From a virus (taxonomy: Duplodnaviria > Heunggongvirae > Uroviricota > Caudoviricetes), in IMG/VR virus record IMGVR_UViG_3300012956_000001, positions 153,730 to 217,729 of that record: a stretch of 64,000 bases of DNA, one strand, 5' to 3'. The position numbers and the translations under genes are program-made. The notes beneath the pieces are model-generated. The model ran no database searches, was not told the origin of the DNA, and worked only from the letters and a program-made list of their open reading frames with translations. Positions 1 through 10,247 of the stretch are shown here, piece by piece; the first letter of the stretch is position 1; each line of letters opens with the position of its first letter.

Positions 1-94
1 CGAACCGGACGAACTCTCCGATATTTGACGTATAGAGTCTATTTATAGCGGTATAATGCAGGTTTCTAATGTATATTTTAAGGAGTAATACAAT

Positions 95-865
95 ATGTCT
101 TCTGAAGTCCAATATCCAACTGAAATAGTAGATCTACCGTCCAAAGGATGGTACTATCCAGAGAGTCACCCGTTGGCATCTGGTCAAATTGAAATCTACT
201 ATATGACGGCTAAGCATGAGGACATCCTCACCAGCCGAAATCTAATTCAGCGTGGTGTCGTTATTGATAAGCTCGTTGAAGCGTTGATCGTGAGTAAGGA
301 TATCAAGTATGAAGATTTGCTTGTCGGTGACAAGAATGGTTTGATGGTTGCTGCACGTATCATGGGATACGGTAAGGACTATAATACCACGATTGAATGT
401 CCAGCGTGTGAACAATCTACGTCACATACGATCAATCTTGAAGAGATCGGTAACAAAGAATTGACGTTTAGTGACAAAAACAAGAACAAGAATGAGTTTG
501 AGTTCAAGCTGCCGTTTAGCAAGCGAACCATCACGTTCCAGTTGTTGAGTCACAAGGATGAACGAGCAGTTCAGGCTGACCTTGATGCAGTAAAGAAAAT
601 GGTTAAGAGTGAAATAACAGCCGACGTTACCACTCGTATGAAAAAGTCTATCTTATCAGTTGATGGAGTACGAGACGGTAAGGCAGTTCGTGAGTTTGTT
701 GACTCAATGTTGGCGCGTGACGCGCAGGCGTTTCGAGAATACGCACGAACCGTAAATCCAGATATCGATTTGACATTTGATTTTGAATGTCCGTCGTGTG
801 GACACCGAGCTCGGTTAGAGGTGCCGATTGATGTAAACTTTTTTTGGCCTAACTCCAGCGTATAA
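95..865 (+). CDS. virion-module protein with two CxxC zinc-ribbon motifs (possible baseplate hub/assembly protein)
   Basis: 256-aa ORF with RBS-like AAGGAG upstream; motifs ECPACEQS and ECPSCGH; position immediately upstream of tape-measure gene. Confidence 0.4.
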   Translation: MSSEVQYPTEIVDLPSKGWYYPESHPLASGQIEIYYMTAKHEDILTSRNLIQRGVVIDKLVEALIVSKDIKYEDLLVGDKNGLMVAARIMGYGKDYNTTIECPACEQSTSHTINLEEIGNKELTFSDKNKNKNEFEFKLPFSKRTITFQLLSHKDERAVQADLDAVKKMVKSEITADVTTRMKKSILSVDGVRDGKAVREFVDSMLARDAQAFREYARTVNPDIDLTFDFECPSCGHRARLEVPIDVNFFWPNSSV

Positions 866-893
866 GTTAGAATTACACGATAGCATTTTTAGT

Positions 894-1064
894 ATGGTTA
901 CGTATGGTAAAGGTGGATGGACATATTCGGATTTGTACAATATGCCCGTCTTCCTTCGTATGTACTATATGAAAAAGCTAGCAGATGCAATTCAAAAAGA
1001 AAACAACGCTACAAAGTCTATGGATCACGGTCATGCTACACGACCCAACATAAGGCCGAAATAA
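894..1064 (+). CDS. small hypothetical protein (56 aa), ORF below the 60-aa track cutoff
   Basis: ATG at 894 to TAA at 1062-1064, packed exactly between stop of upstream gene and ATG 1066 of next gene. Confidence 0.3.
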   Translation: MVTYGKGGWTYSDLYNMPVFLRMYYMKKLADAIQKENNATKSMDHGHATRPNIRPK

Positions 1065-1065
1065 T

Positions 1066-1305
1066 ATGTCTGATACTCCCGCACGTAAACTAACACGATT
1101 ATTCATGGAGTCTTCCACCGAAGATCGTGAGCGAAAGTTTAAGAAATTCTTGGCTAAACACAAAGGCTTTCAACGTCTTTCCAACGAGGTTGATCGCCTG
1201 GAAAAGGAATTGCATAATTCTTTCATGAAGTTAGACAAGGACCATCCGAGACGTAAAGGTTACGAAGATTATTTTTCCTCTGACGAATGGAAGAAACATC
1301 TCTAA
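1066..1305 (+). CDS. small charged protein (79 aa), possibly tail assembly chaperone
   Basis: ORF immediately upstream of tape measure gene with TAATG overlap at 1303-1307. Confidence 0.35.
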   Translation: MSDTPARKLTRLFMESSTEDRERKFKKFLAKHKGFQRLSNEVDRLEKELHNSFMKLDKDHPRRKGYEDYFSSDEWKKHL

Positions 1306-4232
1306 TGTTTGACGAATCTCAGTTTGATAGGATGACAAAAAAAGCTGAAAAGTTTGAGAAGATACTACAACGATCTAAATCTTTGGGTATGTTGAGTGGT
1401 ATTGAAAAAAGTATTAAGTCTCTGTCTGGGGCAAATGAACAGACTAGAGCTTTGTTGGATCGTATCACCAAACTTGAAAAAATAACAAATCAAATTGCTC
1501 GAAGTGATGCGGGTATCACTAAGCGTATGTATGATCGTGTAAAATTCTATGATAAACAAAATGAGTTAATTAATAAGACTGTCGCTGAAATCAATAAACA
1601 GAGAGATGCAAACAGTGCTGCTTCGACTGAGGCTATATCCCAAACTGCATTAGAAATTTCAAAAATTGAACGTCAAATTGCAACACGACAAAAGTTTCAA
1701 AATAATCTAGCAGCCGAATATGAACTACGACGAGACGTTGCGGGATTTGACGATGCTGGTGTTATCGATGTTGCAGAACAGTATGGTGCGTCATTAAAAA
1801 AGCAACTTGAACTAAAGAACAAACTAGCATCGTTAGAACAAGTTAAAACACGTTTACAAGATGCTAGTGATGCAAAAGAAACCGAACTGAATAATAAGCT
1901 AAAAACTCAAAGTAAAATAAGAGAAGAAATCCTTGCACTAAAGGAGGCAGATAAACTCGTTCTTGCTGCGGAAAGAAAACAAGCTGCTAAGAACTTCTTA
2001 ACTAAGGAATTTGGCGGTGGTATTGTTGGTCAGGTCAAAGAATTAGGCAGCGCATTAAAGGCAATGGGCGCCGGCTTTGCTATTTTTGCTCTTATTGCAC
2101 TGGCCCTAAAGGCTATCCTTGGTTCTTACGTCAATGCACTGAAAGAAACTATTGACCAAGGATTGGACGCGTCTCAACGATTCTCTCAAATACAAAACAG
2201 TAGAGATGTTGTTGGAATGGGCGCTGCTCAGTGGGCACTTCTTGATCTAGCAGAAGTACAAAAGCAAACTGGTGCATTGAGTGATAAATTTGGTACCCTA
2301 GAAATACCAAGTGATTTGATTCTTCGTGCATCGTTGCTCAATAGACAACTTGGTTTGTCTGCTGATGAAACATCAACTATCCTTGAATACTTTGTTCGTA
2401 TTCGAGGCGAATCGGCTGCTGCCGCATCTAGTTCTGCACTAGTATTGAAGGCTACCGCGTTGGCAAACAATGCCAACCCAGCTCGAGTTATGCGTGACGT
2501 TGCTGCTAATGCAGCCAACTTTGCTAAGTCTGGTAAGGCTAGTGCTGATGAAATGGGTCGTGCTGCAATCCTCGTCCGTCGATTGGGTACGGAACTATCA
2601 ACCATTAGTGGTATTGCAGATCGTATCGTCACCGACTTTGAAGGTACATTAGAAGCACAAGCATCCATTGCTACGTTTGCACCAGGCATTGACATGACTG
2701 GATTGATGATTGCTTCACAATTTGGTACCGATGAAGATATTGCAACACAATTGAAGGCTACTGTAGATTCTATGGGCATGAATTTTGATAAGATGCCGCG
2801 TAGTTTTAAGTTGGCTATTTCCAGTGGTCTTGGTATCTCTGTACAAGAGCTCGCCAATATTGCTAACGCTACAAATGAAGCTATGAAAGTTACATCGCCG
2901 GGTGAGGATGCAATGATCAAAGCAAACAACAGTGCATTAAATGAATTGCAACAGGCCGTAGCAAATCCATTGGATTCTATTTCACGGGCAGTTATGGGCA
3001 TCTTCTCGTTCTTGACGACTCGTTGGGGCAGAAACGCCGAAGAAAAAGTCAAGGGTATGAACGACCAAGACTTGGCCAAGGCGGCTGGTAGCGGCTACTT
3101 CGTCGGCCGTGCCGGTGTTAAAGAAATGGATCGCCGTTCACTTGAACGTCAAATTCAAGATCTTTCACAGATAACACCGAAGACAAAAGAACAAAAGGCT
3201 CAGATTGACAAAACAATAGCGGATGCTCAGAAACAACTTGACTCAATGAGCGGCGAATCTCGTGCAGTTGGCGGAGTAGTTGGTAAAGACTCAGCACCAT
3301 CTGTATCATTGATGTCTATATTCAAAAACCTAAAGTCGAATGAAGTACCTACCATTCTACATCGCGGCGAAGCAGTACTGAACAAGGCACAAATGGGCAT
3401 CTTGTCTCAGATGACTTCCATCCAATCGAAGTTGAGTACATCACTAACAGGATTTATTGGATCGCTTGGAAAGACCATGACTAGCAAGGGCGGTATTCTT
3501 GACAAAGTTGGTGGTATATTCAACAGCGCTAAATCAGCTGGTGGCATTTTTGGTAAGATTGGTGGTCTCCTCGGTGCTTCAAAGCCAGCTGGAATTCTAA
3601 GTGGTGTTCTGGGTGGTACTGGCGGCGGCCTTCTTAAGAGCATCACCGGCGCATTGTCGGGTGGAGGCCTTGGTGGCATCGCTAAGAGTGTTGGTAGTTC
3701 ACTCGGCCTCGGCAAGATTGGCGCAATAGCTGGATCGGTTGTTCCTGGCCTTGGTACACTATTAGGTGGTGGATTGGGATCGGTTCTCGGTTCACTAGCA
3801 ACATCAGGCATTGGCAAGGCAGTCACCGGACTCATCGGTAAGGTGCCAGGTGTAGGCAGTGTTGTAAAGGGCGTAGGCAGTGTCGTTGGTAAGGTTGGTG
3901 GATTTATCGGTGGCTTGTTTGGCAAAAAGAAAAAGAAGCCAGTACCAGTGCAACCAGATATATCGCAAATGGCCGGTGATGCAGGTATTCTTAACCTGTT
4001 AACGTCTCTGGGCATTCCGGGCCTACAACAAGGTTTTTCCATTGGATCGCCAATCATGGGTTCTGCTACAGGCATGAGTGCTAATGGCGGATTCAGTTCA
4101 GCAAGTACACTAGGTATAGAACAGAAGTTGGATACGCTTATCAATCTACTACGTAGTGGTGCCATCGCGGTCAATATGGATGGTAAAAAAGTCTCTAGCT
4201 CGTTAATCGACGCTAATCGGTATGGAACATGA
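1287..4232 (+). CDS. tail tape measure / tail length determinator protein (true start may be ATG 1305)
   Basis: 981 aa; long N-terminal coiled-coil-like region rich in K/E/Q/L, internal hydrophobic segment FAIFALIALALKAILG, C-terminal Gly-rich repeats (GGIFGKIGGLLG...). Confidence 0.7.
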   Translation: MEETSLMFDESQFDRMTKKAEKFEKILQRSKSLGMLSGIEKSIKSLSGANEQTRALLDRITKLEKITNQIARSDAGITKRMYDRVKFYDKQNELINKTVAEINKQRDANSAASTEAISQTALEISKIERQIATRQKFQNNLAAEYELRRDVAGFDDAGVIDVAEQYGASLKKQLELKNKLASLEQVKTRLQDASDAKETELNNKLKTQSKIREEILALKEADKLVLAAERKQAAKNFLTKEFGGGIVGQVKELGSALKAMGAGFAIFALIALALKAILGSYVNALKETIDQGLDASQRFSQIQNSRDVVGMGAAQWALLDLAEVQKQTGALSDKFGTLEIPSDLILRASLLNRQLGLSADETSTILEYFVRIRGESAAAASSSALVLKATALANNANPARVMRDVAANAANFAKSGKASADEMGRAAILVRRLGTELSTISGIADRIVTDFEGTLEAQASIATFAPGIDMTGLMIASQFGTDEDIATQLKATVDSMGMNFDKMPRSFKLAISSGLGISVQELANIANATNEAMKVTSPGEDAMIKANNSALNELQQAVANPLDSISRAVMGIFSFLTTRWGRNAEEKVKGMNDQDLAKAAGSGYFVGRAGVKEMDRRSLERQIQDLSQITPKTKEQKAQIDKTIADAQKQLDSMSGESRAVGGVVGKDSAPSVSLMSIFKNLKSNEVPTILHRGEAVLNKAQMGILSQMTSIQSKLSTSLTGFIGSLGKTMTSKGGILDKVGGIFNSAKSAGGIFGKIGGLLGASKPAGILSGVLGGTGGGLLKSITGALSGGGLGGIAKSVGSSLGLGKIGAIAGSVVPGLGTLLGGGLGSVLGSLATSGIGKAVTGLIGKVPGVGSVVKGVGSVVGKVGGFIGGLFGKKKKKPVPVQPDISQMAGDAGILNLLTSLGIPGLQQGFSIGSPIMGSATGMSANGGFSSASTLGIEQKLDTLINLLRSGAIAVNMDGKKVSSSLIDANRYGT

Positions 4233-6454
4233 CATACAAAGGTATGACGGATCGGTTTGAAGAAAAAATGGATCGTCTCTACGGCAAATATTCTGCACGG
4301 GGTATCGATGGCGTAGGACAACCATTTTTAGAAATCAAGCCGAACGACCCGGACAGATCTAAAACAGCACACGACACACGATTGTCGCCGGGCCGATCAG
4401 CATCACTTGATCGATCACGTATTGCTGCATTCCTAAAGTCGCCAGCAGGCGTCAGATTCATGTTGAGTCAGGCAGAGTTACAGACAGGTAATACCTTCTC
4501 TGAAACTCGTCTGTACAATCCACTGTTTCCATTTGGACGATTAGATGCTAATTGGCTTCGTATTACTCGACCATTGGGCACTGCTCGTGGTGTAGGCGTA
4601 GGTGGTAACGGATCTACCAATATACTAGGAAGTGTGGTAAAGGGTTTGCTTACTGGTGATAATACCGTAGACCTTGCTGCACAAAAATCGCCTGGCTCTG
4701 ATGACAAGGTTGGTGGTGCTGGTAGACTTCAACGTGCAACATCACGTACGGTAGTAGATCGTGTAGTTGGTCGTAGTGGACCAACGGGACTATTAAACCT
4801 ACTACCACCAAACAAATTGACGCGTGTGGTCTCTGCCGTTAAGGGTGTACTAGAGACGGGCATATTAGATGTCAACGAACGACCAGAACTTGACATTGAT
4901 GGTCAATATTTTAGTATTGCACTATGGACAGGATTCTCACGAGTTCAGAAAGAACCAAATTCCTTTGTAAAGGCTGGTGCCGCTCTTCGTAAGGGTGATA
5001 TTGGTAGTGCATTGAGCAGCTTTGGCAGCGGTATAGTCAATACTATCAAAAAGAGCGTAGTCGGTACGAAGGGGTCGCCAATTCCAAACAAGGCAATAAC
5101 TGGAAGAAACGATCCCTCACGTACCGACTTAAGTGGTCTTCGATACTTCATTGTTAACAAGAATGATGCAGATCGATACTTACAAAATTCTATGCAAGGT
5201 ACACTTCCATCATTAGAATATTTGCATCGGTTGCCATATAAACTACAGGGCACTTCGCCGTTACTTACAAACACACCAAATACGTCTACAGCAACATCTG
5301 CTGCGGATAAACAAAAGCAAGTACAACGAGACACTGAGAAGAAAAAGAGCTTTCTTAGTAAGGTTGGTGGGTTTGTTAAGAGTGCCGCGACTATATTAAT
5401 TGGTGGTACCGCCAAGGCTGGTACAAACATTAACATCGGACCAACCGACCCAACCACAGGTCGATTGATTTCTGGTGCACAAACATCAAATCCGTTTGCA
5501 CAGAATCCTGCAGAAGAACGAATGTTGTTTGGTGAAATGTCACTAGGCAGCAAATACGAATCTGCCGATGGCGATGTAAAAGTATTTAAAGCCGATCTCG
5601 AAGAACAGACCAAGATATGGCAAGCTGACATTCGACAGCTTGTAACCGATAGAACCTATAATCTTGGATACGTCGGTGGTCTTACACCAGGCGTGAAGAT
5701 TGTTGACGATTTTGGTATCTTTGCATCCAAGAGAACAAAAGTTGACGGTGGCCGATACTTCAGCGACGGCGCTGCTGGATCGCCTGCAATTATGACCAAC
5801 AAAGAAAGTGATGTCGGCGGTAGAACGGTCAATGCAGATCTAAAAACAGAAATTCGTGACACATATAAGGATCTCATAGACTTCATGTTTCACGATTACG
5901 TTAACAATCAAGTCATTCCATTTAGAGCATCACTTACCCAGATTGCAGAATCAGTTACGGCAGATTTTGACGCACAACGATACATCGGACGTACAGAAAA
6001 GAATGTCGTATATGCTGGCGCTGGTAGAGAATTGACGTTTACGTTTTATGTACAAGCATATAGCAAAAAAGAGTTAGACTTTATTTGGAAAAAGATAAAC
6101 TATCTGACGGGTTTGTGTTTTCCAGCATCGTATGCTGATGGATTCATGGTTCCACCATTTGTACAATTGACCATCGGTAACTACTACGTCGATCAGCCAG
6201 GATACATTAAGAGCATCAATCACACAGTAGAAGATAATACATCATGGGACATTGATGTTGATGCACAAGTTCCTATGGGCATGACTATATCGGTAAGCTT
6301 CTCAGTAATAGAGAAGACACAGGTTCGAACAGGCTATAGCTTCTATGGCTATCCAGAACCGCCGCCGCGCACACAAGATAATCAGCCAGGATCACAGACC
6401 GTAGCAATTAATACAGCGGGCGTACCGTCTGCCACCGAACCGAGAACCGCATGA
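4229..6454 (+). CDS. tail/baseplate structural protein
   Basis: 741-aa ORF, ATGA overlap with tape measure stop; Gly/Thr-rich, no enzymatic motif recognised. Confidence 0.45.
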   Translation: MTYKGMTDRFEEKMDRLYGKYSARGIDGVGQPFLEIKPNDPDRSKTAHDTRLSPGRSASLDRSRIAAFLKSPAGVRFMLSQAELQTGNTFSETRLYNPLFPFGRLDANWLRITRPLGTARGVGVGGNGSTNILGSVVKGLLTGDNTVDLAAQKSPGSDDKVGGAGRLQRATSRTVVDRVVGRSGPTGLLNLLPPNKLTRVVSAVKGVLETGILDVNERPELDIDGQYFSIALWTGFSRVQKEPNSFVKAGAALRKGDIGSALSSFGSGIVNTIKKSVVGTKGSPIPNKAITGRNDPSRTDLSGLRYFIVNKNDADRYLQNSMQGTLPSLEYLHRLPYKLQGTSPLLTNTPNTSTATSAADKQKQVQRDTEKKKSFLSKVGGFVKSAATILIGGTAKAGTNINIGPTDPTTGRLISGAQTSNPFAQNPAEERMLFGEMSLGSKYESADGDVKVFKADLEEQTKIWQADIRQLVTDRTYNLGYVGGLTPGVKIVDDFGIFASKRTKVDGGRYFSDGAAGSPAIMTNKESDVGGRTVNADLKTEIRDTYKDLIDFMFHDYVNNQVIPFRASLTQIAESVTADFDAQRYIGRTEKNVVYAGAGRELTFTFYVQAYSKKELDFIWKKINYLTGLCFPASYADGFMVPPFVQLTIGNYYVDQPGYIKSINHTVEDNTSWDIDVDAQVPMGMTISVSFSVIEKTQVRTGYSFYGYPEPPPRTQDNQPGSQTVAINTAGVPSATEPRTA

Positions 6455-6729
6455 GCAATAGAGCACAGGCTAGATATACAACCAAGCTAGTAGAAAAAAA
6501 GCTTCCTGACGGTCGAACGGTGTATCAAACAGCAAAACCAAAGCCGATATCACCAGATATAGACGATATCATCATTACGGCCGATGAACGAGACCGATCT
6601 GATATCATTGCTAACAATGTATTCGGATCTGCCATGGAATGGTGGCGTATTGCTGCCGCCAACGGTCGTGTCGATGGAAGCTTGCACTTTACACCCGGAC
6701 AAAGAATCATCATTCCACGTAAGCGGTAA
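6451..6729 (+). CDS. LysM-like small tail protein (P2 gpX / T4 gp53-like fold)
   Basis: 92 aa; segment DIIANNVFGSAMEWWRIAAANGRVDGSLHFTPGQRIIIP resembles LysM peptidoglycan-binding motif; ATGA overlap with upstream gene. Confidence 0.5.
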   Translation: MSNRAQARYTTKLVEKKLPDGRTVYQTAKPKPISPDIDDIIITADERDRSDIIANNVFGSAMEWWRIAAANGRVDGSLHFTPGQRIIIPRKR

Positions 6730-6732
6730 TCC

Positions 6733-9700
6733 ATGTCAGACAAAGAAGAAGATCGTAGACCCTTTCCACAACTAAATTCATTCCGCCCTTGGACTAGTGC
6801 TGAATTAAAGAAGCGCCGAACAACATGGCCGACGCCAATTACCGCGCCATTTGTTCGTATGACTTCGTGCAATGAAGATACGTTCATTGGATACAAATAT
6901 TTCACACTTGGTTTGCACGGATTTGACGCGTCTAACGATACCAATCTCTTTGACCTGACATATGGTGCAAATAGAGACATTGTAGGGTATGCATATAAAG
7001 ATGGAAAGAAGACGCTCATCGATTCTACACAGATCAAGTATGTTACGCCCGACTTTAAAGACTTCAATAATTTGGCAGAAGACCACCCAAAGCGAAAGGC
7101 AGCGAACCAGCGAGTCCAACAGTCACAAGCATTGCAAGATCAAACAACTGCACTTGGCGCACACCCGATACCGGGTATTACGGCTGTTCAAGTCAAGCGA
7201 AGTGGTCTTGCCGCGCCGCTTATTGCCGAGGTTCGTTGGCAGTGTTACAACCAACAACAACTTGAATTTCTACGAAATCACTTTTTGGTGGTTGGTAGCT
7301 ATATTGTGCTGGAATGGGGTCACAAGTATCATGATAATGATAAGCGACCAAGTACAATCCTAGACTTTAACAGTGAAACCATTGAAGATACACTGACCGA
7401 AATTGTTGTTCGTGGACGAAAAGAAGTCATTGAAAAATTCTCACAACAAAATTCTGGAAATTACGACATTATAGTAGGTCAGGTTGGTAACTTTACCGTC
7501 GATATAGATCCAGCAACCAACATCTACAAGTGTAGCACGAGAATTGTATCTATTGGTGAAAACGTATGGGGCTTGAGTACTCAACAAACTGTTACTGTCA
7601 TTGAAAGCGGCAAAGACCCCAACAACGTTAACAGAATAAGTGACATACACAGTTATTTTGCACAAGGCGCTGGCTTTGATCAATTGTTGGGTAAGCTCGA
7701 AGCAACTTCTGCTGGTGCAAAATATGTTCGGCCACAACAAAAGGCATATGGCGAATCGGCACCCACGACAAATGAAACCGCTGAAGTAGGAGCAAATCCC
7801 AAGGATACTGCTTTCATTAGTTGGAAGGGATTTACCACCGATGTAGTTAATGACATCATAAAAATGTTTGATAACGTCAGTACGGATTCTACTACACAGG
7901 AGATGTACAACAAGCTAAAAACAGAACTTCGTGTATTGTTGACGCTCGGCGACGAACCAGACATCAATCTGTCACGACCAGAACTATACGATGAACAAAG
8001 AAAAATATATGACCGGGAGTGGATAGGCAATCATCCAGAATTGCGATCTATTGATCCCAATCTGTTAATCTTGATTACTCCCAAGGTTGCCGCCAATTCG
8101 CCTGCAACGGAATGGTTGGGCAATGGGTTGTTCGGTGAGGGTGCCCCAGATGAAAAACGTGCCAAGCTAAACAAGGGGTTGTGGATTAGCGCCGGATTGA
8201 TTCGTGATTCATTCTTACGAACCACCACCCTCCAAGCAGCAATACAACAGATCTTAAACGGCATGAATATTGCAGTTGGCGGCTATTGGCAGTTGCAATT
8301 GTTCTATGACGATGAAATTTCTGTGTATAAAATTATTGACTATAAGTTTGATGATACCGAAACGACACTCAAGACGCCGTTCTATGTATTTAACTCAAAT
8401 CAAAACGAACATCATAACGAAGTACTAGACATACAGTTCGATTCGGCGTTTCCGCCTGAGTTAATTACGCAGATGATGGTCGTTTCTATGATTCAAACGT
8501 CCACAGCTGAAGAACAGGCAGCGTATTTTGAAAAGTATCCAATGATCAACAATACTTCGCCATTTATGTTTGCGGTTAATTGGACATCATTGACCGATAT
8601 GTTGAAGAAGCGAATAACTGCACGTCGTAAAGAGTTTAGTGCGCCATTAGGTACTACGACATTAACCGTGTCTAAGGGAAATGAACAAAATGAGACCATC
8701 AATCTATCTCAGGGTAATCGAACGGGTGATATAGGCAACATTGGGCCACAGACGGGTAATACACCAACTGATTCTGCATCAGAAGGAACACCCAGAACGG
8801 TTATTGGATCATTGCCTAGTACACCAAAGGTTGAAGAGACGCCAACTGCTCCTGCGCCGCGAGGAACCGCCAAGCCGCCTACGAATCCAAATGAATTTGC
8901 ATTGACGCACAATCCACTGGATTCGATGACTATTACATCTGGGTTTGGTGCTCGATCTGCTCCGACGGCGGGCGCATCGAATGATCATCCTGGTCTGGAT
9001 ATTGCCACGCCACAGGGCACGCCGGTCAAAGCCGCCAGATCAGGCGTTGTTATTGACTCTGCATCAAACGTTAGAGGATACGGTGGTATTGTAAAAATCA
9101 TGCATAGTGATGGACACGAAACATGGTATGCACATCTAAGTAATACAACAATAGTAGAAAAAGGAGCATATGTTACTGGGGGTCAAACAATTGCACTATC
9201 TGGTGGTAGACCAGGCACCCCAGGCGCCGGAACATCTACTGGGCCACATTTACACTTTGAAGTACGATATAGGGGTGTTCCAAAGAATCCAAGCGATTCA
9301 TTATCTAAAGTGGGAACGCAACCCGCCAGACCAGATTCGCTGTTTGATAGATCTACAGCAATAATAATACCACCTGCTGCGTCAGATTCAACAAGCGGCT
9401 TTAAGGTATCAGCACCACAACAACCGCCAAGCAAGACCGAAGATCCTGCTGCTGTACAAAAGGCATTGGAGTATCAAAAGAAATTTGGTGATGACATCAT
9501 CAAGCTCATCCATCCAACAGCATCCATCTTACGTAACACCATTACGAAGCATGGATACGAAAATCTATCGGATACTATGATTAACGCATTTGTCTCGCCG
9601 TTTCCAACAACAACTTCGGTAGATGTACGTGTACAAGGTATAACTGGTATTAGCATTTCGGATGGATTCATGGTTGACAAATTGCCATTTATATTTGCTA

Positions 9701-9828
9701 GTTATGGTGTATTCCAAGTTACTGAATTGACTGATAGTATTACCGATAAGGGCTGGTATACTAACATTCGAGGATACTTCAAGATGATATGGCCCACCGG
9801 CACCGGCGGCTTGCGAGATGATCTATGA
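6733..9828 (+). CDS. baseplate hub / tail-associated protein with C-proximal M23 (lysostaphin-like) peptidase domain
   Basis: 1031 aa; HPGLDIATPQG (HxxxD) ... HLHFEV (HxH) M23 metallopeptidase signature. Confidence 0.75.
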   Translation: MSDKEEDRRPFPQLNSFRPWTSAELKKRRTTWPTPITAPFVRMTSCNEDTFIGYKYFTLGLHGFDASNDTNLFDLTYGANRDIVGYAYKDGKKTLIDSTQIKYVTPDFKDFNNLAEDHPKRKAANQRVQQSQALQDQTTALGAHPIPGITAVQVKRSGLAAPLIAEVRWQCYNQQQLEFLRNHFLVVGSYIVLEWGHKYHDNDKRPSTILDFNSETIEDTLTEIVVRGRKEVIEKFSQQNSGNYDIIVGQVGNFTVDIDPATNIYKCSTRIVSIGENVWGLSTQQTVTVIESGKDPNNVNRISDIHSYFAQGAGFDQLLGKLEATSAGAKYVRPQQKAYGESAPTTNETAEVGANPKDTAFISWKGFTTDVVNDIIKMFDNVSTDSTTQEMYNKLKTELRVLLTLGDEPDINLSRPELYDEQRKIYDREWIGNHPELRSIDPNLLILITPKVAANSPATEWLGNGLFGEGAPDEKRAKLNKGLWISAGLIRDSFLRTTTLQAAIQQILNGMNIAVGGYWQLQLFYDDEISVYKIIDYKFDDTETTLKTPFYVFNSNQNEHHNEVLDIQFDSAFPPELITQMMVVSMIQTSTAEEQAAYFEKYPMINNTSPFMFAVNWTSLTDMLKKRITARRKEFSAPLGTTTLTVSKGNEQNETINLSQGNRTGDIGNIGPQTGNTPTDSASEGTPRTVIGSLPSTPKVEETPTAPAPRGTAKPPTNPNEFALTHNPLDSMTITSGFGARSAPTAGASNDHPGLDIATPQGTPVKAARSGVVIDSASNVRGYGGIVKIMHSDGHETWYAHLSNTTIVEKGAYVTGGQTIALSGGRPGTPGAGTSTGPHLHFEVRYRGVPKNPSDSLSKVGTQPARPDSLFDRSTAIIIPPAASDSTSGFKVSAPQQPPSKTEDPAAVQKALEYQKKFGDDIIKLIHPTASILRNTITKHGYENLSDTMINAFVSPFPTTTSVDVRVQGITGISISDGFMVDKLPFIFASYGVFQVTELTDSITDKGWYTNIRGYFKMIWPTGTGGLRDDL

Positions 9829-10244
9829 GTTTTTCTAATGACCCCATTGGCGACTACCTTCGCGTCACAAAGATAAAAAACGCAATCCGACCGCCGGATA
9901 TGATTCCATATACGCCTATCATCTCAGAACGAGATCGTCGTAATGGTGAAATTGTCAGATATTTTGGCCGATTCATTACTCATACTGATCCATCGGACAT
10001 TGTAGAAGTATCTAAGACAACATACAACTTGTTAACACAGAATGCTCTCTATCAAACAGTAAAAATTAGATGGAAAGTTTCTGGTCGATTGGAAGACGAG
10101 TATGGGTTGCCTAACGGTAACACACAGATTAGATTGTATACTGGACCTCTCACAGCAAACAGACTAAGTGTAGAATTTGCCGACGAGTTATTACCAGGCA
10201 TTGCAAGCTACATTACCGACTACACGAGATTTTGGGAACCATAA
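9825..10244 (+). CDS. hypothetical baseplate-module protein
   Basis: 139-aa ORF with ATGA overlap to hub gene. Confidence 0.35.
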   Translation: MSFSNDPIGDYLRVTKIKNAIRPPDMIPYTPIISERDRRNGEIVRYFGRFITHTDPSDIVEVSKTTYNLLTQNALYQTVKIRWKVSGRLEDEYGLPNGNTQIRLYTGPLTANRLSVEFADELLPGIASYITDYTRFWEP

Positions 10245-10247
10245 TAC

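Noticed and set aside
25-57. sigma70-like promoter TTGACG ... TATAAT upstream of first gene
   Set aside because: Spacer is 21 nt, too long for a canonical sigma70 promoter; kept only as part of the CTATTTATAG motif observation.
2228-3079. 283-aa minus-strand ORF
   Set aside because: Entirely inside the tape-measure gene; Ala/Ser-rich antisense reading with no start context.
3407-4321. 304-aa minus-strand ORF (Pro-rich)
   Set aside because: It is the reverse complement of the Gly-rich C-terminal repeats of the tape-measure gene, so it is a compositional artefact.
6451-9828. LysM ORF and hub ORF are in the same frame, so possible read-through fusion
   Set aside because: Separated by TAA plus a normal ATG; same frame is expected by chance in 1/3 of cases; treated as separate genes.
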